64,000 nucleotides of DNA from contig CAXXOU010000001.1 in NCBI GenBank assembly GCA_963677495.2, positions 608,001-672,000 of the forward strand, read 5' to 3'. Below, piece by piece: positions 41,677 to 51,193 of the stretch (position 1 is the first letter of the stretch; each line of letters starts with the position of its first letter). Both the position numbers and the translations under genes were made by a program. This DNA is from Candidatus Cloacimonadales bacterium. Its GTDB lineage: Bacteria; Cloacimonadota; Cloacimonadia; Cloacimonadales; JAFGVF01. Under the pieces are notes generated by a model. That model was not told the origin of the DNA and searched no databases. It was given only the letters and a program-made list of their open reading frames with translations.

Positions 41677-44301
41677 CTATTTTATTAGTTTAGGCATGTA
41701 GCCGATTATGCTCAAGTTATAACCTTTACTAGAGCTGACGATTTTTCCTTTCTTATCCAGCAAGAAGATGCATGGATAATCTGCAGCCTGGAACTCTTCA
41801 TGGATAATCTTCTTTGTCTTCGTGATAATCACACCATCTTTATCAAAAGCATCTAAATCATTATTGTCTCTATTTTCTGTGGCGATAATTACATTAGCTT
41901 TCTTCTTAAAGAAATCATTCTTCTTATTGAAGAGCTGTTCCACCATACGTTCTTGTGGCTCTGTTCCAAGTTTACCACGTACGAAAACAAGCGTGTATCT
42001 GTCTTCAGAATCGTTCTTCTTAAGCAGTTTCTGTAGAGCTTTCTTAGTCTTCTTACTCCATGATGCACTGAGATCAAACAGTGGTTTCGGAGTTTCAAGG
42101 TTAAGGACATACTCACTCTTATCTTCTGTAACACTGAGAACTCTTACATCAGAATCACCATTCTCATTTCTAATAAAACTTACAAGATAGAATGGTGTTT
42201 CTTCGTCAGTTTTAAACCATTTGATCTTTGCTTTGTCTCCAACAGCTTCACTATCGAAGTATGTATTACTAACATCTCCGTTTTCATGCATAGTCGCTAA
42301 AAGGAAGTTCTTAAACGGTTCAGCTTTTATCGGTGTGCCATCATGGATAATTTCAAGTGTAATCTCGACTTCTCTACGTTGAGTTGGAACTTTCTCTTCA
42401 TCTTCATCAGTTGATATGACTATTGGATTCCACTGCTCTCCATCAAAGTATTCCATAAACCCCTTCCATGAAAGAGGGATACCTGCAAGTCTGTAAACAG
42501 AATCATACAATACAGTTTTGTGATAGCCATTTATGTTACGTTTATTGAGAATCTCAACCGGGTTAAGAGAACCGGAATAGTAACTCATAGTTGTGGCAGT
42601 ATCAACAACTATTGATTTGGTAAGCCAGTCTGTTACATTATTATACGTAGTCTTAAGGTCATCAGTTAAGATTGGTTTCATCATCTTATAGAGTTCACCT
42701 TCCCAACCATTCTCAGGAACAATCTTACGTCCAAAAGCTGGAGTAATAACGTGTCTGTTCCATAATGAATCTGAGATTACTGATTTATATGCTACTTTAC
42801 GCTCATAATAAGCATTTACTGTTTCTAGAATTGCTGTTGTGTCCGGCATTTCAGCAAGGTCTTTCGAATCCCATAATGTAATGATGGAGCTCAGAACTCC
42901 TTTTCTTGATTCTGGATCAGGCATTGCTGAAAGTTTATCGTAAACGTATAAGAACGCTGAAGCATTATCACAAATATCGTTACTATTAGATAAGAATTTA
43001 TCTCTTCTCGCATTATACTTATCTAAGTCTTCATCATTTTCAGGCATAGGATAGTGTTTGATAAACTCTTCGCTTTTCTTGTTGCCCAAATAACGTTTCT
43101 GTCTTCTCAGATTAACAAGTTCTCTTCTTTCATGCAGTCTTTTTATCATCTCTTCATCTTTTGTGAAGTTGCGTTCTTTATGACCGGCAAGCGGGAAATG
43201 ATTTACAAAAGATTCGTTTATATAGTAGTTGTTAGAAAGAGTTATAGTTAGTTCATCATCACCTTTAACTGTAGATAATACACCTGTTCCAAACAAACTA
43301 TCCTTTCTTGCTGTTACCCATGTCGTAGTTCTACCAAGTTCAATTTTAGCTATACCGTTTTCATCTGTTTCTTCATGGTAGAAGCTGAACAATCCACCAA
43401 ATGTGGTCGCATACAAAATAATATTTACATCTTCAATAGGATTCCCATTTTCATCAACAGTCTTAACGGTTGTATGGATAGTTTCACCATAATTAGAAGT
43501 GATATTGAGTTTTGTAGCATGATTATCTATGCTTATTGTTTGAGCATGCTCCAAGTCTCCGAAGCATCTTGAAGTAACTATAGGAGCTCTTAATGCCGTA
43601 TCAGTCACCCAGTTTGTTTGTCCGTAAGCAAGAGGGTATCCCTCTTCAGTAACTTTCCATCCGTCTTCTGTCCATACTTCGACCCAAGCATGATTACTAT
43701 CAGTGAAGCTCCAATAAGGTGCAGAAACAGAACGAACAGGAATACCAACTGAGCGTCCGGCAGCCATAAATAGAATCATCATCTCTTCACAACGACCCCA
43801 ACTCCATTTTATACACGATAAAGGAGGCATATCTCTACCACTTGTTTGCTTGAAGTAGCATCCTTCATTATACCATAAATCTACTTCAAGGACAGCTTCT
43901 CTGATTGTTTTACAGTCCTTAACTCGGGGATATAGTGCATCATAGAAAACTTTTCTCCATTGCTCAAAAGGCTCCTGACTCATTCTTGGAGGAAGTACAT
44001 AATGAAGAAAAAGCTCTTCAGACACGTTTTTATTGAATGGTAGTTCTTTAGCTAAAATAGCATATTCAATGTTTTCATCAATAAAGTCAGGTGTAAGTAC
44101 AGCTAAATCACCATCAGAACTATTATCAAGTAAGAAGTTACAATAATCAGCTTTCTCACCGGATAGACTTTCTACATATTCAATTAGTTTTAAAGCATTC
44201 TTACCTGAATACTTTTCAATTCGTTGCACTGTTTTATCTGAAACAGCAAAAGCAGTTGTTAGTAAAAGCAAAAGGACAATCATCAAAGAAATCTTCTTCA
44301 T
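41677..44301 (-). CDS. Secreted transglutaminase-like protein
   Basis: Signal peptide, GRCEE, NHAWVEVW. Confidence 0.85.
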   Translation of the reverse strand: MKKISLMIVLLLLLTTAFAVSDKTVQRIEKYSGKNALKLIEYVESLSGEKADYCNFLLDNSSDGDLAVLTPDFIDENIEYAILAKELPFNKNVSEELFLHYVLPPRMSQEPFEQWRKVFYDALYPRVKDCKTIREAVLEVDLWYNEGCYFKQTSGRDMPPLSCIKWSWGRCEEMMILFMAAGRSVGIPVRSVSAPYWSFTDSNHAWVEVWTEDGWKVTEEGYPLAYGQTNWVTDTALRAPIVTSRCFGDLEHAQTISIDNHATKLNITSNYGETIHTTVKTVDENGNPIEDVNIILYATTFGGLFSFYHEETDENGIAKIELGRTTTWVTARKDSLFGTGVLSTVKGDDELTITLSNNYYINESFVNHFPLAGHKERNFTKDEEMIKRLHERRELVNLRRQKRYLGNKKSEEFIKHYPMPENDEDLDKYNARRDKFLSNSNDICDNASAFLYVYDKLSAMPDPESRKGVLSSIITLWDSKDLAEMPDTTAILETVNAYYERKVAYKSVISDSLWNRHVITPAFGRKIVPENGWEGELYKMMKPILTDDLKTTYNNVTDWLTKSIVVDTATTMSYYSGSLNPVEILNKRNINGYHKTVLYDSVYRLAGIPLSWKGFMEYFDGEQWNPIVISTDEDEEKVPTQRREVEITLEIIHDGTPIKAEPFKNFLLATMHENGDVSNTYFDSEAVGDKAKIKWFKTDEETPFYLVSFIRNENGDSDVRVLSVTEDKSEYVLNLETPKPLFDLSASWSKKTKKALQKLLKKNDSEDRYTLVFVRGKLGTEPQERMVEQLFNKKNDFFKKKANVIIATENRDNNDLDAFDKDGVIITKTKKIIHEEFQAADYPCIFLLDKKGKIVSSSKGYNLSIIGYMPKLIK

Positions 44302-44538
44302 TCTAAGTCTCCAATTAAGATGTTAGTCCAAAAATCGGATTCAATTCATTTTTGGCAATGAATAAAAAGAATTGAATTAATTCCAATATAATCAAGTGTC
44401 ATTTTATTGTTTTAACTTATTCTAGCTATAATGATAAGAATTCTCACTAAATACGATCGATTACTCTTAGTGCAATTTTAGATTGACAAATAATAGTAGT
44501 CCTACATATATATGTTTAGTAACTAGGGAGACCATATA

Positions 44539-44958
44539 ATGAGAAGAATAATTATGGGGAGTATGAATACGTCTACTTTAAAAATACTCATAGTTGAAGA
44601 CAATAAAATCAACATGAAATTAACAAAGAGCTACCTTAACGAATATGCTTCGTCAATAGACTGGGCTAAGAATGGACAGGAAGGTTGCGAGAAATACCAA
44701 CAGGATAAATATGATCTTATCTTTATGGATTTACAGATGCCTGTTATGGACGGTATTATGGCAACCATGAAGATTAGAGAGCTTGAAAAAGAACTCAATG
44801 TCTATACTCCTATTGTAGCTCTTACAGCTCAAGCTGAAAAGTATGATGAAGATAAATGTCTAGCAGTTGGTATGGACTATTATCTTACGAAACCATTGTA
44901 TAAAGAACAGCTGCATGATGCAATTACAGTTGTTTTAGATAGTTATAAGGCACGTTAA
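44539..44958 (+). CDS. Stand-alone response regulator receiver
   Basis: VEDN, MDLQMPVMDG, ALTA, KP; exact start uncertain. Confidence 0.9.
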   Translation: MRRIIMGSMNTSTLKILIVEDNKINMKLTKSYLNEYASSIDWAKNGQEGCEKYQQDKYDLIFMDLQMPVMDGIMATMKIRELEKELNVYTPIVALTAQAEKYDEDKCLAVGMDYYLTKPLYKEQLHDAITVVLDSYKAR

Positions 44959-45992
44959 TAACGTGCCTTTTTTAGTTCTATAATTTCTTCTGCTTTTAGA
45001 ATACCCATTTCAGTTATATAACCTGTAATATACTTTGCCGGAGTTACGTCAAATGCAGGATTAGCAGTTTTCACAGACTCAAAAGTTAGTTTTGCTTCTC
45101 CCACTTTATAAAGCTCAGCACTATCTCTCTCTTCTATTGGAATTTCATCTCCATGCCTAAGCGATAAATCAAATGTTGTTAAAGGAGCTGCAATATAGAA
45201 TGGAATATCATTTTCTTTTGCCAATACAGCTTTTGCGTATGTACCTATCTTGTTCGCTGCATCTCCATTGATAGCTATCCTATCTGCACCGGTGATAACT
45301 AATGAAATTTCACCTTTCCGCATAAAGTACCCGGCTGCATTATCAGCAATTAGCTTATAATCTATACCTTCCTGCTCCATTTCGAAAGCAGTTAGTCGAG
45401 CACCTTGGAGTCTTGGCCTTGTCTCATCTACATATACAAATATATCTTTACTCTCTCTATGAGCAATCCTCATAGGTGCTAAGGCAGTCCCAAAATCAAC
45501 TGTAGCTAATGCCCCTGCGTTGCAGTGAGTTAGAATTCTTTCACCGTTTTTGATAAGGCTGTTTCCATAGATACCAATCTGCTCACAGGCTTTAACACTA
45601 TCTTCTGCTATCTCATGAGCTTTTGTGGACAGCTGTTTTAGTGCTGTTTGATAATCATCGATTAACGCTATACTACTCATCGCACTATCCATGCAGTTCT
45701 TAAGGTCTACAGCTGTAGGTCTAGATTCCAAAAGAATACTATATGCTTCATTCAGATTTTCTTTCCAAAGATTAGGTTTAATGTCTTGTAAAGCAATAAC
45801 TAAACCCCAAGCTCCCGTCGCACCAATCGCTGGGGCACCACGAACTTGCATTACAGAGATAGCATGCACAACTTCTTCCAGTTTCGATAATTCAAGAAAC
45901 TCAATCTCAAAGGGAAGTTTGTTCTGGTTTATAAGAATCAACTTACCATCTTTGAAGTCTACCGTTCTTCTATTCTTTCCGTTTATCTTCAT
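44955..45992 (-). CDS. mtnA: Methylthioribose-1-phosphate isomerase
   Basis: VRGAPAIG, THCNAGALAT, ETRPRLQGARLT, NPAFDVTP. Confidence 0.96.
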   Translation of the reverse strand: MKINGKNRRTVDFKDGKLILINQNKLPFEIEFLELSKLEEVVHAISVMQVRGAPAIGATGAWGLVIALQDIKPNLWKENLNEAYSILLESRPTAVDLKNCMDSAMSSIALIDDYQTALKQLSTKAHEIAEDSVKACEQIGIYGNSLIKNGERILTHCNAGALATVDFGTALAPMRIAHRESKDIFVYVDETRPRLQGARLTAFEMEQEGIDYKLIADNAAGYFMRKGEISLVITGADRIAINGDAANKIGTYAKAVLAKENDIPFYIAAPLTTFDLSLRHGDEIPIEERDSAELYKVGEAKLTFESVKTANPAFDVTPAKYITGYITEMGILKAEEIIELKKARY

Positions 45993-46052
45993 GTTTTGTA
46001 TAAAAAAAAGACTGTTGAGTAAGTCAACAGTCTTTTATAAATTGAATAAAGT

Positions 46053-46757
46053 TTATTCCATTATTGATTCAGCAGCTTCTTTATCATTTGAGAATTCAAA
46101 GCTATCAATAACACTGTAACTATTCTGACTATCAACCACTCTAGGCCACATAATCCTAAGTGCATCGAGTTTATCATTAGCAAAGTCGAAAAGTGCAAGA
46201 ATCATTTTGATCTGGTTACAAGATAGCCAAGCATTTTTTGCCCCCATTTTCACGATTCTAAGCTGATCATCAGCAAAATCTTCACCGGCAATACGTCTTT
46301 TCCAATCCTGGAAGTCTATGTTGCTCATTTCAACACGTTCTCTTCCCATAGGTTTAGGTCTAGCCATTACTTGACCATTACCGGAATCAGAAACATTAAC
46401 ATTGATGCTAACATTTGCATCTGAAACTTGTGGATTATCTGAAGCAGAAGCATTAATTGTAACTGTGCCATCATCCGGAAGCATAGCGAGTTTCTCATAA
46501 ATGTCATTCATCAGTTTCTGTGCTTTTTTCTGGTCAAACTTGTTCAACTTCTTATGTAGTTTTTCTAATCTTTCAAGTTGCTTAACAATATCTTCGATCA
46601 TTGATTCAACAGATACTGATTTAGCGGTAATACTAGCACTTGCCCCATCTTCTGTTACTGTCATTGAGAATGAACCTTCTGGTGTATTAATTGAAAAGCC
46701 TTCAGCAAAAAGTAATCCCACAGATACCAACATTATTATCAATACAATCTTTTTCAT
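46053..46757 (-). CDS. Secreted DUF4476-like protein
   Basis: Signal peptide; C-terminal FADD...CNQI...FDFANDKL...VVD. Confidence 0.75.
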   Translation of the reverse strand: MKKIVLIIMLVSVGLLFAEGFSINTPEGSFSMTVTEDGASASITAKSVSVESMIEDIVKQLERLEKLHKKLNKFDQKKAQKLMNDIYEKLAMLPDDGTVTINASASDNPQVSDANVSINVNVSDSGNGQVMARPKPMGRERVEMSNIDFQDWKRRIAGEDFADDQLRIVKMGAKNAWLSCNQIKMILALFDFANDKLDALRIMWPRVVDSQNSYSVIDSFEFSNDKEAAESIME

Positions 46758-46906
46758 AATCTACCTCTCTTTGATTAATAAGTGACAATCAGTAAGTAAA
46801 TGTCAATATTTGGCAAGTTTTTTGTATTAATAATGTAGTTATCACTGGGAATGATAATAAAAAAAGACCCGATTGTAATCGAGTCTTATATAGTTTGTTT
46901 CTATGT

Positions 46907-47527
46907 TTAATAGTTTACCGTAATGTCTTCTACCTGAGGATACTTTTCAAGATGTTCTTCAATTTCTTCGACAACATTATCTCTATATGTATCAAACTTT
47001 GGAATGTCTAGATCAACTATTACCTTACCATCTTCAAAACCAATATATTTAACCATCTTTAAAGTAACTATATCCTCGCCAACTTGGGGATAGATTACTT
47101 TCTTAAGCTCATCTACAATTGTTTCTTTAGTAAACTCCGGTGCTTCGATGATTCCTTTCGCAATCTCATAGTTCTGAATTGCAGTTCTAAGTGTATCGAC
47201 TGCTAATACTGAACAGTGCATTTTAACCGGTGGAAGACCATCAAGAGCTTCAGCAGCTTCTTTCCATGTAATATCCTTTGCATCATCAAGACTCTTACCG
47301 ATTGCAAGGTCAGTAATGATTGAACCGGTTGCAATATTGGAGGCACAACCATAAGACTGGAACTTTATATCTTCAATCTCTTTAGTCTCTTCATTTACTT
47401 TCAAGTAAATAGTAACCTGATCACCACAAGCGGGACTTCCCTCTGTTGCTACTGCATCAGGATTCTCCATCTTACCCACGTTATGTGGATTCATAAAATG
47501 ATCAATCACCTTCTGTGAATATTGCAT
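46907..47527 (-). CDS. iscU: Fe-S scaffold IscU/NifU with a C-terminal DUF59-like domain
   Basis: YSQKVIDHFMNPHN, ACGD, YGCAS, KMHCS; then LKKVIYPQVGEDIVTL. Confidence 0.9.
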   Translation of the reverse strand: MQYSQKVIDHFMNPHNVGKMENPDAVATEGSPACGDQVTIYLKVNEETKEIEDIKFQSYGCASNIATGSIITDLAIGKSLDDAKDITWKEAAEALDGLPPVKMHCSVLAVDTLRTAIQNYEIAKGIIEAPEFTKETIVDELKKVIYPQVGEDIVTLKMVKYIGFEDGKVIVDLDIPKFDTYRDNVVEEIEEHLEKYPQVEDITVNY

Positions 47528-47535
47528 TATTACCT

Positions 47536-48726
47536 CTATTTATCGTTTATTTTTTCTAAATATAATGGACTTCGAGAACGAAGAGATTCAACTACCTCTT
47601 TCATCTTCTCTATCATATAGTCTAGTTCTTCGATAGTATTGTATCGACTAACAGTAAACTTAATTGATCCATGTGACTGTACATGTGTCTTACCCATTGC
47701 CATAAGCACATAATTTGCTTGCAATCCCTGAGATGCACACGCACTTCCAGTAGCCACCGTAACCCCATGTATATCAAGCATCATCGTTATCGCTTCTCCC
47801 TCAATGAAATCAAAGGATATATTCATATTATGTGGAGCTCTTCTTTCTCCCGGTGCTCCATTAATGGATGTATGAGTAATCTCTGATGTTATCTTGTCAT
47901 AAATATAATCTGTTAGTTTTCTAAGATATGCTTGATTAGTTTCAAAGTTCTCAAATGTGATCTCAATTGCTTTTACAAAGCCAGCTAATCCAGCAATGTT
48001 TATACCACCTGTATTCAGATTATCAACTCTCTTAACACCATGGATTGTTGGCGTCAATGGAGTTCCTTTTCTAACATATAAAGCTCCAACACCCTGTGGT
48101 CCATGTATCTTGTGTGCTGAGACTGACATTGTATCAAAAGCTAGATCCTGCATGTTTAAAGGAATCTTTCCGTATGCTTGACAAGCATCTGCGTGGAAGT
48201 ATATCTTATGATCTGCTTCCTTTAACACTTTAGAATATTCTACTATTGGTTGCAAGGTACCAACTACGTGGTTCGCTACTGATGTTAGAAACATAATTGT
48301 GTCAGGTCTTATTGCTTCCTTCAATTTGTCAGCACTAACAAAACCTTCATCATCAGCTTCAAGATAAGTAATTTCAAACCCACTGTTCTCAAAGAATGCT
48401 AGATTTGTCAGGATATCAGGATAGTCTACATTTGAAGCTATAACATGGGTACCTTTGGAAGCATTAGCCATAAGTATACCTTTAATAGCTATGTTATTAG
48501 CCAGTGTTCCACCTGATGTAAAATGTATCTCATCTTCTCTTGCAGCTATTGTTGATGCAAAAGTCTTAGAAAAATCTTTTATTGCAGAGGATATTTCCTC
48601 TGATGTACTGAAGAAGTTACCGGGAAACCAGTACTTTTCATCAGTATAAACCTTCATAGCTTCCAGAGCTTCCGGAGCTGGTTTAGTTGTTACACAATTG
48701 TCCAAATATACTCTTTTCAATTCCAT
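47536..48726 (-). CDS. iscS: Cysteine desulfurase IscS/NifS
   Basis: FTSGGT, SAHKIHGP, TGSACAS. Confidence 0.93.
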   Translation of the reverse strand: MELKRVYLDNCVTTKPAPEALEAMKVYTDEKYWFPGNFFSTSEEISSAIKDFSKTFASTIAAREDEIHFTSGGTLANNIAIKGILMANASKGTHVIASNVDYPDILTNLAFFENSGFEITYLEADDEGFVSADKLKEAIRPDTIMFLTSVANHVVGTLQPIVEYSKVLKEADHKIYFHADACQAYGKIPLNMQDLAFDTMSVSAHKIHGPQGVGALYVRKGTPLTPTIHGVKRVDNLNTGGINIAGLAGFVKAIEITFENFETNQAYLRKLTDYIYDKITSEITHTSINGAPGERRAPHNMNISFDFIEGEAITMMLDIHGVTVATGSACASQGLQANYVLMAMGKTHVQSHGSIKFTVSRYNTIEELDYMIEKMKEVVESLRSRSPLYLEKINDK

Positions 48727-49144
48727 CCTTATCTCCTGAAATTCTATCTAAAATATCACTTAATCTGATAGAATCCATATATTTACGTATGTTTTTATAA
48801 ATGTCTGTCCAAAGTGCTTCAATCACGCATGGATGACCTATACAAAACTCATGGTCTTTGCTCTTACGTTGACAATATACCATGTAAGGAGTCTCTTCAA
48901 CAGCAGTAATTATCTCATGTAAAGTAATCTCTGACGCATCTTTGGCCAATCTATAACCACCCTTTGAACCTGAAGAGCTAGTTACAATGTTGCTCTTCTT
49001 AAGCTCTCTGAAGAGATGTTCTAAATACTTAGGCGGTAATTTCTGGTTATCACTTATTGCTCTTATCGATAATGGGTTCCCATTATTGTTAGCAATCTCT
49101 ATCAATGCTCGTAATGAATACTCTGTTTTCGATGTTATCTGCAT
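48683..49144 (-). CDS. Rrf2/IscR-family regulator
   Basis: YLEHLF..LKK, GSKGGY, three C-terminal Cys; GGAGGA RBS before Met at 49144. Confidence 0.92.
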   Translation of the reverse strand: MQITSKTEYSLRALIEIANNNGNPLSIRAISDNQKLPPKYLEHLFRELKKSNIVTSSSGSKGGYRLAKDASEITLHEIITAVEETPYMVYCQRKSKDHEFCIGHPCVIEALWTDIYKNIRKYMDSIRLSDILDRISGDKDGIEKSIFGQLCNN

Positions 49145-49339
49145 ACTTCCTCCTGTAAATAACATAGTACTAAACTAGGAGATTGCAAATTGTGACAAGA
49201 TTTTTTTTGCAAAATCTCATTGATAGCGATTATAAGAGAAGAAAAGCACACTATACCTTTTAGCATAGTAGCTACATATCTTCCTTCAAAGCAAGAATAT
49301 GGCTATTTCTGACCAGCTAATATTCACAACGTCGACAAT

Positions 49340-49725
49340 TATCTTCAAAGTCTCATTGCACTCCCATAATTCCCATCTTTCAACAATCTAATACCGGTCT
49401 GTTTCTTATCACTCACTTGTCTTCCAGCCCCGGGGTTCCCCAAGAGACTCCCAGGAATCAGACAGTTTTCTATGCCTTATTATGATAGAGCAAAGAGGGG
49501 CGATTTCACCTTTATATTGTTCGAAGACCTTCTCAATGTACTTTTTAAAATTCCCCTCTCATAGATGGGATCTGTTTTGTCTGTCAAATATTCCACATAT
49601 GATTTCGAGTAATAATGCACTATCTTACCACGTTACCTGATAACATCAATTGCCCATCTATTCCGAATCCAATTCCTATCTGTTGTAACGGGAAGCAAAC
49701 GGGAAGCAGATGAGTAGTAAGATGG
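49340..49725 (-). repeat. Composite non-coding element, copy B (family 2)
   Basis: Collinear with 3098-3663 in the opposite orientation, lacking ~160 bp of the copy A interior. Confidence 0.8.
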
Positions 49726-49841
49726 CAAAATTGGCCATAGAAACAACTTCGTTCTTGGAGCTCAGGTATCCTATTCTTCCGCAAGTTTTTTAGCTAATAT
49801 CTGAGAAACTAAAGATTATAAATGCAAAAGTCTAGTTCTCA

Positions 49842-51023
49842 TTAATCAACAGCTAGCAACCGTTTCCCGAAGATCTGAATGAGTAACAAACCAACCGGAG
49901 CAGTAACCATTATAGCTAGAACAGCAATAGCAAGAATCATCTCTCCTTCAGCGACTCCCATCGCAAGTGGAACAGAGCCTAGTGCTGCTTGTACAGTCGC
50001 TTTAGGTAAATATGCTAGTACGCAGAATAGTTTTTCTTTCTTGTTTAGGTCTGAGAATGCTGTAGCGATAAGAACACCAATTGACCTGCATAGTAATCCA
50101 ATACTGATAATACCAAGTCCTTTGAATCCGGCTGAAACAATATACTTAGGGTCAACATTGATGCCAATAAGAACGAAGAGGATAATCTCTGCAATGAGCC
50201 ACCATTTACTCAACTTATTAGATAACTCTTTGGCAATCTCATTTTCGTATTCAAAGATTATAAATCCCGTAGTCATAGTACCAAGAAGTGCTGCAATATG
50301 AATCCAGTTTCCAAACTCCAGGAATAGGAATGAAAGTGCCATTAAAAGTATAACTCTCTCAGTTGATTGAATCTTCATTAAGCTATGCTTGAATATCTTA
50401 AGAATAAGGAAGCCAAGTATTACTCCACCTAAAACTCCAAGTACAATTGCATAGGGTATACTCAATAGGCTTTTGGTAATACTACTACCACCTGTTGTCA
50501 CAAACCCAAGAGATAAAGTGAAGAAAGTAAACGCTATAACATCATCTAATGAAGCACCGGCTAGAATCAAAGTCGGAACTTCTTTCTTCGCTCCATGCCC
50601 TAGTTCTTTTAAGTTTAGCATAGTAGGCACAACCACTGCCGGAGATACTGCAGCAAGCATAAAGGCTGTCAATGCTGATACACCATAACTCCAATCCATC
50701 AAGAACTTAAAAGCAAATGTAAGTCCGGTAGCTTCAACTAAACAAGGGATGAATCCCATCAACACAGCAGGTAAACCAATCTTATTCAGCATCTTTCGGT
50801 TAATCCCTAATCCTGCACGCAGTAGAATTACTATTAGTGCTAGCGACTTGAAGAAGGGGGTAACCTCATTAAGTGATGCCGGAATCTTATCTTTCCAAAG
50901 GGCAGAGATAACTAAACCCCAGATTAGCATGCCTAAGATATGTGGTAGTTTAATCTTTGTGAAGGCTTTACTGGAAAGCCAACCACCTAAAACGATGATT
51001 GTGATAATAAGGCTGAGACTCAT
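49842..51023 (-). CDS. Cation:proton antiporter (CPA; NHA2-like motifs)
   Basis: Very hydrophobic; AVSPAVVVP, ASLDDV, PKATVQAA. Confidence 0.92.
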   Translation of the reverse strand: MSLSLIITIIVLGGWLSSKAFTKIKLPHILGMLIWGLVISALWKDKIPASLNEVTPFFKSLALIVILLRAGLGINRKMLNKIGLPAVLMGFIPCLVEATGLTFAFKFLMDWSYGVSALTAFMLAAVSPAVVVPTMLNLKELGHGAKKEVPTLILAGASLDDVIAFTFFTLSLGFVTTGGSSITKSLLSIPYAIVLGVLGGVILGFLILKIFKHSLMKIQSTERVILLMALSFLFLEFGNWIHIAALLGTMTTGFIIFEYENEIAKELSNKLSKWWLIAEIILFVLIGINVDPKYIVSAGFKGLGIISIGLLCRSIGVLIATAFSDLNKKEKLFCVLAYLPKATVQAALGSVPLAMGVAEGEMILAIAVLAIMVTAPVGLLLIQIFGKRLLAVD

Positions 51024-51048
51024 ACAATTCTCCTATTAAAGATTATTA

Positions 51049-51095
51049 CTAGGAGTCATCAGCATATAGCGGTTAAAGGCGAACTCCATCACCTG
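51049..51095 (-). promoter_or_regulatory. Fluoride (crcB) riboswitch
   Basis: Minus strand GGTGATGGAGTTCGCCtttAACCGCtatatGCTGATGACTCCTA matches the crcB consensus; ~25 nt before the antiporter ATG. Confidence 0.93.
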
Positions 51096-51148
51096 AAAGC
51101 AAGTTTTACTATTGATTTATGTATGTCAATAGGATATTCTTATAAAAG

Positions 51149-51175
51149 AAAAAGCCTGCTGATTTCCAGCAGGCT
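51149..51175 (-). terminator. leuS terminator
   Basis: AGCCTGCTG-atttc-CAGCAGGCT hairpin plus U-tract. Confidence 0.85.
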
Positions 51176-51193
51176 GAATGTTTATCTTATCGT

